Shown here: positions 8,522 through 17,315 of the stretch, in pieces
Numbering within the stretch: position 1 is the first letter of the stretch
How the letters are laid out: every line of letters begins with the position of its first letter
From: a virus
Lineage: Duplodnaviria; Heunggongvirae; Uroviricota; Caudoviricetes
IMG/VR virus record: IMGVR_UViG_2534681704_000006
Length of the DNA: 31,458 nucleotides
Reading direction: 5' to 3' (one strand)
Notes under the pieces: model-generated
Seen by the model: only the letters and a program-made list of their open reading frames with translations
Databases searched by the model: none
Told to the model about the DNA's origin: nothing
Program-made: the position numbers and the translations under genes

Positions 8522-8578
8522 TACAACGCGCATCAGTTGGTGCGTATAACTTCTTATTTGTTAAGGAAATACTTACAT

Positions 8579-8857
8579 ATGCAACTTACAAGTACTCGCA
8601 AGAAAGCGAATGCAATCACAAGCAACATCCTGAATCGAATTGCTGTACGTGGTCAGCGAAAGGTTGCTGATGCATTAGGGATTAATGAATCGCAAATTTC
8701 GCGATGGAAAGACAGCTTTATCCCAAAGATGGCCATGCTTCTGGCTGTGCTGGAGTGGGGTGTTGAAGACGAGGAATTAGCAAAGCTAGCAAAGAAAGTA
8801 GCCATGGTGCTGACAAAAGAAAAGCCTCAAGACTGCTGCAACAGTTTTGAGGCCTGA
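8579..8857 (+). CDS. cII: cII-type lysogeny establishment activator, P22 C1-like
   Basis: 92-aa product from MQLTSTRKKANAITSNILNRIAVRGQRKVADALGINESQISRWK...; the longer track ORF from 8492 overlaps nutR and lacks support. Confidence 0.85.
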   Translation: MQLTSTRKKANAITSNILNRIAVRGQRKVADALGINESQISRWKDSFIPKMAMLLAVLEWGVEDEELAKLAKKVAMVLTKEKPQDCCNSFEA

Positions 8858-8891
8858 TGTAGAAAGACTGGATCAATCCACAGGAGTCATT

Positions 8892-9791
8892 ATGACAAAT
8901 ACAGCAAAAATACTCAACTTCGGCAGAGGTAACTTTACCGGACAGGAGCGTAATGTGGCAGATCTCGATGATGGTTACGCCAGACTATCAAATATGCTGC
9001 TTGAGGCTTATTCAGGCGCAGATCTGACCAAGCGACAGTTTAAAGTGCTGCTTGCCATTCTGCGTAAAACCTATGGGTGGAATAAACCAATGGACAGAAT
9101 CACCGATTCTCAACTTAGCGAGATTACAAAGTTACCTGTCAAACGGTGCAATGAAGCCAAGTTAGAACTCGTCAGAATGAATATTATCAAGCAGCAAGGC
9201 GGCATGTTTGGACCAAATAAAAACATCTCAGAATGGTGTATCCCTCAAAACGAGGGAAAATCCCCTAAAACGAGGGATAAAACATCCCTCAAATTGGGGG
9301 ATTGCTATCCCTCAAAACAGGGGGACACAAAAGACACTATTACAAAAGAAAAAAGAAAAGATTATTCGTCCGAGAATTCTGGCGAATCCTCTGACCAGCC
9401 AGAAAACGATCTTTCTGTGGTTAAAACGGATGCTGCAATTCAGAGCGGCAGTAAGTGGGGAACAGCAGAAGACCTGACCGCCGCAGAGTGGATGTTTGAC
9501 ATGGTGAAGACCATCGCGCCATCAGCCAGAAAACCGAATTTTGCTGGGTGGGCTAACGATATCCGCCTGATGCGTGAACGTGACGGACGTAACCACCGCG
9601 ATATGTGTGTGCTTTTCCGCTGGGCCTGCCAGGACAACTTCTGGTCCGGTAACGTGCTGAGTCCGGCCAAACTCCGCGACAAGTGGACCCAGCTCGAAAT
9701 CAACCGTAACAAGCAACAGGCTGGCGTGACAGCCGGAAAACCAAAACTCGACCTGACAAACACTGACTGGATTTACGGGGTGGATCTATGA
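8892..9791 (+). CDS. O: lambda-type replication initiator O
   Basis: 299-aa product starting MTNTAKILNFGRGNF matches recalled lambda O; contains the ori iterons. Confidence 0.95.
   Translation: MTNTAKILNFGRGNFTGQERNVADLDDGYARLSNMLLEAYSGADLTKRQFKVLLAILRKTYGWNKPMDRITDSQLSEITKLPVKRCNEAKLELVRMNIIKQQGGMFGPNKNISEWCIPQNEGKSPKTRDKTSLKLGDCYPSKQGDTKDTITKEKRKDYSSENSGESSDQPENDLSVVKTDAAIQSGSKWGTAEDLTAAEWMFDMVKTIAPSARKPNFAGWANDIRLMRERDGRNHRDMCVLFRWACQDNFWSGNVLSPAKLRDKWTQLEINRNKQQAGVTAGKPKLDLTNTDWIYGVDL
9240..9365. repeat. ori-lambda: four about 19-bp iterons (ATCCCTCAAAACGAGGGA-type) followed by A+T-rich region, inside O
   Basis: Four tandem imperfect repeats of TCCCTCAAAACGAGGGA-like sequence followed by AAAAGAAAAAAGAAAAG. 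Confidence 0.9.
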
Positions 9792-10489
9792 AAAACATCG
9801 CCGCACAGATGGTTAACTTTGACCGTGAGCAGATGCGTCGGATCGCCAACAACATGCCGGAACAGTACGACGAAAAGCCACAGGTACAGCAGGTAGCGCA
9901 GATCATCAACGGTGTGTTCAGCCAGTTACTGGCAACTTTCCCGGCGAGTCTGGCTAACCGTGACCAGAACGAACTGAACGAAATCCGCCGCCAGTGGGTT
10001 CTGGCTTTCCGGGAAAACGGGATCACCACAATGGAACAGGTTAACGCAGGAATGCGCGTAGCCCGTCGGCAGAATCGACCATTTCTGCCATCACCCGGGC
10101 AGTTTGTTGCATGGTGCCGGGAAGAAGCATCCGTTATCGCCGGACTGCCAAACGTCAGCGAGCTGGTTGATATGGTTTACGAGTATTGCCGGAAGCGAGG
10201 CCTGTATCCGGATGCGGAGTCTTATCCGTGGAAATCAAACGCGCACTACTGGCTGGTTACCAACCTGTATCAGAACATGCGGGCCAATGCGCTTACTGAT
10301 GCGGAATTACGGCGCAAGGCTGCCGATGAACTGACCTGTATGACAGCGCGAATTAACCGTGGTGAGACGATACCTGAACCAGTAAAACAACTTCCTGTTA
10401 TGGGCGGTAGACCTCTAAATCGTGCACAGGCTCTGGCGAAGATCGCAGAAATTAAAGCTAAGTTCGGACTGAAAGGAGCAAGTGTATGA
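9788..10489 (+). CDS. P: lambda-type replication protein P (DnaB helicase loader)
   Basis: 233-aa product matches recalled lambda P (MKNIAAQMVNFDREQMRRIANNMPEQYDEKPQVQQ...). Confidence 0.95.
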   Translation: MKNIAAQMVNFDREQMRRIANNMPEQYDEKPQVQQVAQIINGVFSQLLATFPASLANRDQNELNEIRRQWVLAFRENGITTMEQVNAGMRVARRQNRPFLPSPGQFVAWCREEASVIAGLPNVSELVDMVYEYCRKRGLYPDAESYPWKSNAHYWLVTNLYQNMRANALTDAELRRKAADELTCMTARINRGETIPEPVKQLPVMGGRPLNRAQALAKIAEIKAKFGLKGASV

Positions 10490-10776
10490 CGGGCAAAGAG
10501 GCAATTATTCATTACCTGGGGACGCATAATAGCTTCTGTGCGCCGGACGTTGCCGCGCTAACAGGCGCAACAGTAACCAGCATAAATCAGGCCGCGGCTA
10601 AAATGGCACGGGCAGGTCTTCTGGTTATCGAAGGTAAGGTCTGGCGAACGGTGTATTACCGGTTTGCTACCAGGGAAGAACGGGAAGGAAAGATGAGCAC
10701 GAACCTGATTTTTAAGGAGTGTCGCCAGAGTGCCGCGATGAAACGGGTATTGGCGGTATATGGAGTTAAAAGATGA
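10486..10776 (+). CDS. ren: Ren (Rex exclusion resistance)
   Basis: 96-aa product matches recalled lambda Ren (MTGKEAIIHYLGTHNSFCAPDVAALTGATVTSINQAAAKMARAG...). Confidence 0.9.
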   Translation: MTGKEAIIHYLGTHNSFCAPDVAALTGATVTSINQAAAKMARAGLLVIEGKVWRTVYYRFATREEREGKMSTNLIFKECRQSAAMKRVLAVYGVKR

Positions 10777-10801
10777 CCATCTACATTACTGAGCTAATAA
10801 C

Positions 10802-10834
10802 AGGCCTGCTGGTAATCGCAGGCCTTTTTATTTG
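10802..10834 (+). terminator. intrinsic terminator between ren and ninB (tR2-like)
   Basis: Hairpin AGGCCTGC-TGGTAATC-GCAGGCCT followed by TTTTTATTT. Confidence 0.7.
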
Positions 10835-10849
10835 GGGGAGAGGGAAGTC

Positions 10850-11290
10850 ATGAAAAAACTAACCTTTGAAATTCGATCTCCAGCACATCAGCAAAACGCT
10901 ATTCACGCAGTACAGCAAATCCTTCCAGACCCAACCAAACCAATCGTAGTAACCATTCAGGAACGCAACCGCAGCTTAGACCAAAACAGGAAGCTATGGG
11001 CCTGCTTAGGTGACGTCTCTCGTCAGGTTGAATGGCATGGTCGCTGGCTGGATGCAGAAAGCTGGAAGTGTGTGTTTACCGCAGCATTAAAGCAGCAGGA
11101 TGTTGTTCCTAACCTTGCCGGGAATGGCTTTGTGGTAATAGGCCAGTCAACCAGCAGGATGCGTGTAGGCGAATTTGCGGAGCTATTAGAGCTTATACAG
11201 GCATTCGGTACAGAGCGTGGCGTTAAGTGGTCAGACGAAGCGAGACTGGCTCTGGAGTGGAAAGCGAGATGGGGAGATCGGGCTGCATGA
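10850..11290 (+). CDS. ninB: NinB (Orf-family recombination mediator)
   Basis: 146-aa product from MKKLTFEIRSPAHQQNAIHAVQQILPDPTKPIVV... matches recalled lambda NinB. Confidence 0.9.
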   Translation: MKKLTFEIRSPAHQQNAIHAVQQILPDPTKPIVVTIQERNRSLDQNRKLWACLGDVSRQVEWHGRWLDAESWKCVFTAALKQQDVVPNLAGNGFVVIGQSTSRMRVGEFAELLELIQAFGTERGVKWSDEARLALEWKARWGDRAA

Positions 11291-11814
11291 CTATCAAATC
11301 AAATACGCCAGCACACGACAAGGACTGCTGGCAAACGCCGCTTTGGCTTTTTGATGCACTGGATATTGAGTTTGGATTCTGGCTGGATTCGGCAGCGAGC
11401 GACAAAAATGCTCTGTGTGCTCACTGGCTAACTGAGGCCGACGACGCGCTCAATTCTGAGTGGGTAAGCCACGGTGCAATCTGGAATAACCCACCGTACA
11501 GCAATATCAGGCCGTGGGTGGAAAAAGCTGCTGAGCAGTGCATACAACAGCAACAGACGGTAGTTATGCTTGTGCCAGAGGATATGTCAGTCGGATGGTT
11601 CAGCAAGGCTCTGGAGAGTGTCGACGAAGTTCGCATTATCACTGATGGACGGATTAATTTTATCGAACCATCGACAGGGCTGGAGAAGAAGGGAAACAGC
11701 AAAGGCTCCATGCTGCTGATTTGGCGACCGTTCATCAGTCCTCGACGGATGTTTACTACCGTATCCAAAGCGGCATTGATGGCGATCGGGCAGGGCGTCA
11801 GGAGGGCGGCATGA
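11287..11814 (+). CDS. phage-type DNA N6-adenine methyltransferase (Dam-like)
   Basis: 175-aa product with NPPY motif (AIWNNPPYS); start overlaps ninB stop (ATGA); nin-region position typical of lambdoid phage methyltransferases. Confidence 0.8.
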   Translation: MTIKSNTPAHDKDCWQTPLWLFDALDIEFGFWLDSAASDKNALCAHWLTEADDALNSEWVSHGAIWNNPPYSNIRPWVEKAAEQCIQQQQTVVMLVPEDMSVGWFSKALESVDEVRIITDGRINFIEPSTGLEKKGNSKGSMLLIWRPFISPRRMFTTVSKAALMAIGQGVRRAA

Positions 11815-11987
11815 GGCGACAGCGACGAAGTTTCACCGACATCATCTGCGAAAACTGCAAATACCTTCCAACGAAACGCTCCAGAAATAAACGCAAGCCA
11901 ATCCCAAAAGAATCTGACGTAAAAACCTTCAATTACACAGCTCACCTGTGGGATATCCGGTGGCTAAGATATCGTGCGAGGAAATGA
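11811..11987 (+). CDS. ninE: NinE
   Basis: 58-aa product [58 protein letters not shown] matches recalled NinE. Confidence 0.85.
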   Translation: MRRQRRSFTDIICENCKYLPTKRSRNKRKPIPKESDVKTFNYTAHLWDIRWLRYRARK

Positions 11988-12331
11988 CAATGGATTATTC
12001 ACAGTTAAGTGATTTTGAAATTAACAGAATGGTAGGAGACATAATTTTTAAAGGCCTTTGGGCAAGTAAACCGGAAACATCAGGGAATAACACCAACAAA
12101 TGGTATTACGGAAATGCTGATACAACTTTTGAGCCATTAAATCATTTGCCTGACTACTGCAATGATCCGAGCGCTTCATGGCCGATTATTGAGAAATACA
12201 GGATTTCTATCTTAGACCAGTTAACTGAATGGTGTGTGGATGCAAAAGGCGTAAGCCCAATATTTGATACCAGACCTCTCCGCGCCGCCATGATTGTCTT
12301 TCTCCTGATGCAGGAGGCCAATAATGCTTAG
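11984..12331 (+). CDS. hypothetical nin-region protein (start 11984 or 11990)
   Basis: ORF translationally coupled to ninE (ATGA overlap) with GAGGAA ribosome-binding site; family not recognised. Confidence 0.5.
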   Translation: MTMDYSQLSDFEINRMVGDIIFKGLWASKPETSGNNTNKWYYGNADTTFEPLNHLPDYCNDPSASWPIIEKYRISILDQLTEWCVDAKGVSPIFDTRPLRAAMIVFLLMQEANNA

Positions 12332-12518
12332 CCCATCTCAATCCCTTCAATACCTGAAAGGAAGCATAGAGCGGGCTTCAATGTGCACAGAGTGGATTCT
12401 ATCTAGGTTTAGCGCATACAGAAGATTGCCGGTAAAGGGCATGCCAAGCAAGTCGATGCTGCATATGCAAAAGAATGCGCGCTGGAAGGTATGGCGAGAA
12501 CACAGGTTATCTGGCTGA
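12324..12518 (+). CDS. NinF-like small protein (N-terminus [10 protein letters not shown] matches lambda NinF, remainder divergent)
   Basis: 64-aa ORF; only the first 10 to 20 residues resemble recalled lambda NinF. Confidence 0.45.
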   Translation: MLSPSQSLQYLKGSIERASMCTEWILSRFSAYRRLPVKGMPSKSMLHMQKNARWKVWREHRLSG

Positions 12519-12537
12519 AAGAGGGGGTTATTAAGGC

Positions 12538-12900
12538 GTGAATACCTACAGCATCACATTACCCTGGCCTCCGAGCAATAATCGCTATTACCGCCATAAT
12601 CGCGGGCGCACGCACGTCAGCGCAGAGGGGCAGGCATACCGCGATAACGTCGCCCGAATCATTAAAAACGCAATGCTGGATATCGGCCTGGCTATGCCTG
12701 TGAAAATCCGCATTGAGTGCCACATGCCGGATCGCCGTCGCCGTGACCTGGATAATCTGCAAAAAGCCGCTTTTGACGCACTCACTAAAGCAGGTTTCTG
12801 GCTGGATGATGCTCAGGTCGTTGATTACCGCGTTGTGAAGATGCCTGTTACCAAAGGTGGGAGGCTGGAACTGACCATCACCGAAATGGGGAATGAATGA
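12538..12900 (+). CDS. rusA: RusA Holliday-junction resolvase
   Basis: 120-aa product [47 protein letters not shown]... matches recalled E. coli prophage RusA. Confidence 0.92.
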   Translation: MNTYSITLPWPPSNNRYYRHNRGRTHVSAEGQAYRDNVARIIKNAMLDIGLAMPVKIRIECHMPDRRRRDLDNLQKAAFDALTKAGFWLDDAQVVDYRVVKMPVTKGGRLELTITEMGNE

Positions 12901-13037
12901 TGTTTGAGTTTAATATGGCAGAACTTCTTCGCCACCGCTGGGGGCGTCTGCGCTTATATCGTTTCCCCGGTTCTGTTTTGACCGATTACCGAATACTGAA
13001 GAATTACGCCAAAACACTGACAGGAGCAGGAGTATGA
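12897..13037 (+). CDS. ylcG: YlcG-like small protein
   Basis: 46-aa [26 protein letters not shown]... overlapping rusA stop, same arrangement as DLP12 rusA-ylcG; below the ORF-track length cut-off. Confidence 0.6.
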   Translation: MMFEFNMAELLRHRWGRLRLYRFPGSVLTDYRILKNYAKTLTGAGV

Positions 13038-13122
13038 AGTCAGAGATAACAATCAACTAATACTGTTTTGTTGATTTTTGCTTGTAATTGGCGTTCTGGT
13101 CTGAGTTTTGTGGAGTAAGTTG

Positions 13123-13500
13123 ATGCGTGATATTCAGATGGTTCTTGAGCGTTGGGGAGCGTGGGCGGCTAATAATCATGAAGATGTGACCTGGTCGTCC
13201 ATTGCCGCCGGTTTTAAGGGATTAATTCCTTCAAAAGTAAAATCTCGCCCACAATGTTGTGACGATGACGCGATGATCATTTGCGGGTGCATGGCCCGTC
13301 TGAAAAAGAACAACAGCGATTTGCATGATTTATTGGTGGACTATTATGTCGGCGGCATGACTTTTATGGCGCTTGCACGTAAGCATGGGCGATCTGATTG
13401 TTGGGTTGGCAGGATGCTTCAGAAAGCTGAGGGCGTAGTGGAGGGTATGCTGATGGTGTTGGATCTCCGATTGGAGATGGATGCTGATTGTTCGAAATAA
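13123..13500 (+). CDS. Q: late-gene antiterminator Q (phage 82/DLP12 QuuD-like)
   Basis: 125-aa product [57 protein letters not shown]... (Cys-rich zinc-binding Q family); GGAG ribosome-binding site 7 nt upstream. Confidence 0.85.
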   Translation: MRDIQMVLERWGAWAANNHEDVTWSSIAAGFKGLIPSKVKSRPQCCDDDAMIICGCMARLKKNNSDLHDLLVDYYVGGMTFMALARKHGRSDCWVGRMLQKAEGVVEGMLMVLDLRLEMDADCSK

Positions 13501-13512
13501 TTAAAGGAAAAG

Positions 13513-13541
13513 TTGCTGTCTGATTGTCATTAGTCTAACAT
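13513..13541 (+). promoter_or_regulatory. candidate late promoter pR' (-35 TTGCTG, -10 TAACAT)
   Basis: Hexamers with 17-bp spacing immediately downstream of Q and upstream of the tR'-like terminator; placement by analogy with lambdoid pR'. Confidence 0.35.
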
Positions 13542-13598
13542 TTTAAATGTTGGAATCGCAACGTAGTTATTATCATATAACAGCTTGTTTCCTGATTT

Positions 13599-13630
13599 AG
13601 CCAGCCTCCCCAAAGGCTGGTCTTTTTCTA
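13599..13630 (+). terminator. tR'-like intrinsic terminator downstream of Q (end of 6S-type leader RNA)
   Basis: Hairpin CCAGCCT-CCCCAA-AGGCTGG followed by TCTTTTTCT. Confidence 0.55.
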
Positions 13631-13655
13631 ATAAGTATTATTTCGGGTAGGGATT

Positions 13656-14180
13656 TTATTGTTTAACCCATAATAATTCATTGACATTGAATCCCAACTT
13701 TTGAGCGGTTCGCACATAGTCTGCTTTTACTTTATCTGGAATAGTTGGGGTCCTTGCCAGAATCCATAGGTATTCTCTGTTCGGACCACTGACAAGAGCA
13801 TACTTATACTCATCATCCAGTTTGATTACATTATAGCCACCATAGAAGGGGCCAAAAAACGAAACCTTCAATGCTGCAGTTTTAGTATCTCCAGTAAAGT
13901 ATGCTTTACCTTCGCTCTCGCTCCATTTATTTTTCGTTGGATCGTATCCACGGTTAAGTACACGAATCCCTCCGTCGTTCCGTTTTCCATAAGTAGCGCT
14001 GACCTGTTCCAGACCACGTTCGAACCGGTTCTCGAGGCGAGCTATTTCATACCATTTTCCGAGGTAGCGGTTGGCGTCAAAATTTGTAATCGGCTGCACA
14101 CCTTTAGGTGGTGTCGGGGCCTTACATGCTATAAGAGTGAAAGAGAGTGCAATGCCAGTCAACACAGGCCATAACTTCAT
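13656..14180 (-). CDS. blc: Blc-like outer-membrane lipocalin lipoprotein
   Basis: 174-aa product with lipobox (LIAC) and strong similarity to recalled bacterial lipocalin Blc (NFDANRYLGKWYEIARLENRFERGLE...KVSFFGPFYGGYNVI...YLWILARTP). Confidence 0.85.
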   Translation of the reverse strand: MKLWPVLTGIALSFTLIACKAPTPPKGVQPITNFDANRYLGKWYEIARLENRFERGLEQVSATYGKRNDGGIRVLNRGYDPTKNKWSESEGKAYFTGDTKTAALKVSFFGPFYGGYNVIKLDDEYKYALVSGPNREYLWILARTPTIPDKVKADYVRTAQKLGFNVNELLWVKQ

Positions 14181-14372
14181 AATAAATCCTGTACTTTTGA
14201 TAGTTGAGAGTAAGTATGAAAGATAGATGATTACGACCGATCACTTAAAGAACTTTCATACTATATTAGGAATAGTCCATAACAGAAAAATTGTCAGTGA
14301 TGACGCCAGAAAGGCAATTTATTCCGTGCACTACACAGTTTATGTGTTAATGAATTAGTCAAGGGGGAGAAT

Positions 14373-15332
14373 ATGATAAAAAAACCTGTGATTGGAATCA
14401 GCGGTTGTTTGGCCGGTTCTGCTGTTCGTTTTGATGGTGGTCACAAAAGAGCTGACTTTTTAATGGACAAATTAGTGGAATGGGTAACATTCAGACCAGT
14501 ATGTCCGGAAATGGCTATAGGGCTGCCAGTTCCGCGTCCTGCTCTACGTCTTGTGCGCTCGATGCAAGGAAATATACGGATGTGTTTCAGCCACGACCAG
14601 AATGAGGATGTGACAGAGAGAATGACAGAGTTTAGTCGTTCTTATATGGACAAATTAAAGGATGTATCGGGGTTTGTGGTTTGTGCTAAATCTCCCAGCT
14701 GTGGCATGGAGCGCGTGCGTGTCTATGATGAAAATGGTAATCGAGGTCGTAAAGATGGAGTGGGACTATTTACGAGCACTTTGATGGAAAAGTTTTCCTG
14801 GCTACCGGTTGAAGAGGATGGGCGATTACATGATCCAGTGCTTCGTGAGAATTTTGTTGAAAGAGTTTTTGCTTTGCATGAGCTCAATCACCTTTACAAG
14901 GAGAAATTATCAAGAAGAGAGTTATTAGCTTTTCATAGTCGTTATAAGCTTCAGTTGTTGGCGCATAGTCAGGCAGGCTATAAAGATATGGGACCATTTG
15001 TGGCTGCAATACACGAGTGGGCGGACCTTGAATCATACTTTGAGGTGTATCGTGATAAGCTGATGGCGATTCTCAGAAAACCTGCATCACGTAAAAATCA
15101 CACGAATGTGCTGATGCATATACAGGGGTATTTTAGTAACTACTTAAGTACACGCCAGCGTAAAGAGTTGAGCGAGGTTATACTTAACTATCGTTCTGGC
15201 ACATTACCTCTTCTTGCGCCGTTGACTCTGCTGAAGCATTATCTGGGTGAGTATCCTAATGATTACTTGCTTACACAGAATTACTTCGATCCCTATCCGG
15301 ACGAACTGGCTCTAAGACTGATGGTAAATTAA
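14373..15332 (+). CDS. DUF523/DUF1722 fusion protein (TudS-like [4Fe-4S] desulfidase-type N-domain)
   Basis: 319-aa ORF; N-terminal GISGCLAGSAVRFDGGHK motif with further conserved Cys residues, typical of DUF523; C-terminal half resembles DUF1722 (YbgA-like); domain assignment from memory. Confidence 0.65.
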   Translation: MIKKPVIGISGCLAGSAVRFDGGHKRADFLMDKLVEWVTFRPVCPEMAIGLPVPRPALRLVRSMQGNIRMCFSHDQNEDVTERMTEFSRSYMDKLKDVSGFVVCAKSPSCGMERVRVYDENGNRGRKDGVGLFTSTLMEKFSWLPVEEDGRLHDPVLRENFVERVFALHELNHLYKEKLSRRELLAFHSRYKLQLLAHSQAGYKDMGPFVAAIHEWADLESYFEVYRDKLMAILRKPASRKNHTNVLMHIQGYFSNYLSTRQRKELSEVILNYRSGTLPLLAPLTLLKHYLGEYPNDYLLTQNYFDPYPDELALRLMVN

Positions 15333-15674
15333 TTGTATGCGATATCATCCAAAAGGATGAGTTCCTGCATGCAGGATATTTACAATCGTAAAAACTACAC
15401 TATGATACCCAGAGTGTCAGTTTGTATAAAAACTCTGTTTACGCTGAAGAAACAATTGAGATGCAACTTAAAGTTGGTAAACATGCCAGTCAAAATATAT
15501 AATATTATGATTCCACGCAGCTATATATAATATAACAGATTGGTTTAATAATTTGTCTTTGTGAGTTAAATACATAATTTTATACTTGTGATGCAATGAA
15601 ATTTTCCTTATTGTTGAACTGGCGAATATTGATTTTCCACCTATACTTACCTGGTGTAACCCCAATGATATCAG

Positions 15675-16415
15675 GTGGATAATATGCCATACATATGTTC
15701 TATCATTTTGGTGTTGAACTCGTTTGATGTCCGAATTGGTAAAGAAGATATTTTGTTTAAAAAAGGAAGTGCTGTTCTCATTGATTACAATTTAAAAGAT
15801 TTTTTTTCATCAAATATAGATCATGTAATGATCGTAGATGTTGAAGAGAAAACAGTTAATGATTTCTTTAAAAGCAACACACTCTCACCTTTTTCTGTAA
15901 GAAGGTTTTATCCGGCATACTTGATGGTGGAATGTGAAGATTTTTCATTGTTAAAGAACTTGATTGCATGCTTGAATTGTGATGGCAGAACTGTGGATTT
16001 TGTTAGAAATCAAATATCACTTGCATGTCTTGCTATCTTATCTTCAGAGAAAATAGTGCAAAGTTTTTTATTTGGATGTCTTAATAGTTTAGGAAGTAAA
16101 GTTAAGGCTATTATTCACACGGATATATCTGCAGCATGGAGACTTTGTGATATATCTTCAAGACTGTATCTGAGTGAAAGTCTGTTAAAAAGAAAATTAA
16201 AGCACGAAGGCTTATCATTTAGTAAGTTAATTCTTGAAGAGCGAATGGTGATGGCGGAAAGGTTATTAAGCTACAATTTATATTCTGTTGGAAAAGTTGC
16301 TGAGATATGCGGTTATGAAAACACGTCATATTTTGTAAGTGTTTTCAGAAGGTATTTTGGTGTTCCTCCCCATCAATATTCATCAAGATTTTTTTTAGAA
16401 AAAGACATGATGTAA
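15675..16415 (+). CDS. AraC/XylS-family transcriptional regulator (AT-rich, AppY/GadX-like architecture)
   Basis: 246-aa ORF with C-terminal dual HTH AraC signature (...LKHEGLSFSKLILEERMVMAERLL...VGKVAEICGYENTSYFVSVFRRYFGVPP); very AT-rich gene and flanks. Confidence 0.8.
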   Translation: MDNMPYICSIILVLNSFDVRIGKEDILFKKGSAVLIDYNLKDFFSSNIDHVMIVDVEEKTVNDFFKSNTLSPFSVRRFYPAYLMVECEDFSLLKNLIACLNCDGRTVDFVRNQISLACLAILSSEKIVQSFLFGCLNSLGSKVKAIIHTDISAAWRLCDISSRLYLSESLLKRKLKHEGLSFSKLILEERMVMAERLLSYNLYSVGKVAEICGYENTSYFVSVFRRYFGVPPHQYSSRFFLEKDMM

Positions 16416-16602
16416 CGTGATGCGTTTTAATGATTTTGTAATTTTCGTATTTGATAATTGTATGATGCTTTCAGCTACGCCAGAATAATCGCGGCGTTTT
16501 TCTTTTTGAATAGATGTTCAAGCCTTACGCTAATGTAACTTCTATACCTTTCCTCTTCGTTCCGAACCGTGTACACCATCCGTTATTTGCGGAGGTGAGG
16601 CT

Positions 16603-16818
16603 ATGAAATCCATGGATAAGTTAACAACGGGTGTCGCCTATGGCACCTCAGCAGGTAGTGCCGGTTACTGGTTTTTACAGCTGCTCGATAAAGTCACGCC
16701 CTCACAGTGGGCAGCAATAGGTGTGCTGGGTAGCCTGGTATTTGGCCTGCTGACGTACCTGACAAACCTTTATTTCAAGATTAAAGAAGATAAGCGCAAG
16801 GCTGCGAGAGGTGAATAA
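16603..16818 (+). CDS. S: class II holin, phage 21 S-type (pinholin) with dual start motif MKSM
   Basis: 71-aa product [31 protein letters not shown]...[13 protein letters not shown] matches recalled S21 holin/antiholin. Confidence 0.9.
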
Positions 16819-17315
16819 TGCCTCCATCATTACGAAAAGCCGTTGCTGCTGCTATTGGTGGCGGAGCAATTGCTATAGCATCAGTGTTAATCACTGGCCC
16901 AAGTGGTAACGATGGTCTGGAAGGTGTCAGCTACATACCATACAAAGATATCGTTGGCGTATGGACTGTATGTCACGGGCATACAGGAAAAGACATCATT
17001 CCCGGTAAAACGTATACCGAAGCAGAATGCAAAGCCCTCCTGAATAAAGACCTTGCCACGGTAGCCAGACAAATTAACCCGTACATCAAAGTCGATATAC
17101 CGGAAACAACGCGCGGCGCTCTTTACTCGTTCGTCTATAACGTGGGCGCAGGCAATTTCAGAACATCTACTCTTCTTCGCAAAATAAACCAGGGCGATAT
17201 CAAGGGCGCATGTGACCAGCTACGTCGCTGGGCATACGCTGGCGGTAAGCAATGGAAAGGCCTGATGACTCGTCGTGAGATTGAGCGTGAGGTCTGTTTG
17301 TGGGGGCAACAATGA
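16818..17315 (+). CDS. R: SAR endolysin (lysozyme, R21/RrrD-like)
   Basis: 165-aa product; Gly/Ala-rich N-terminal signal-arrest-release segment ([18 protein letters not shown]); catalytic E-x8-D-x5-T spacing ([17 protein letters not shown]); start overlaps holin stop. Confidence 0.9.
   Translation: MPPSLRKAVAAAIGGGAIAIASVLITGPSGNDGLEGVSYIPYKDIVGVWTVCHGHTGKDIIPGKTYTEAECKALLNKDLATVARQINPYIKVDIPETTRGALYSFVYNVGAGNFRTSTLLRKINQGDIKGACDQLRRWAYAGGKQWKGLMTRREIEREVCLWGQQ

Noticed and set aside
8492-8578. N-terminal extension of the cII-like ORF (track start 8492)
   Set aside because: The extension overlaps the nutR boxB hairpin and has no ribosome-binding site; the family-typical start MQLTSTRKK is at 8579
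8858-8891. Possible OOP antisense RNA at the cII/O junction
   Set aside because: Only a partial remnant of the lambda sequence preceding O is present, and the cII gene is P22-type, so the lambda oop body and terminator are not present; cannot be supported
11421-11945. 174-aa ORF on the minus strand
   Set aside because: Antisense to the Dam-like methyltransferase and ninE, which are in a translationally coupled + strand operon
15333-15665. Two 65-aa ORFs in the AT-rich gap upstream of the AraC-family gene
   Set aside because: Very AT-rich sequence with Ile/Lys/Tyr-rich translations and no ribosome-binding sites; more likely promoter or regulatory DNA
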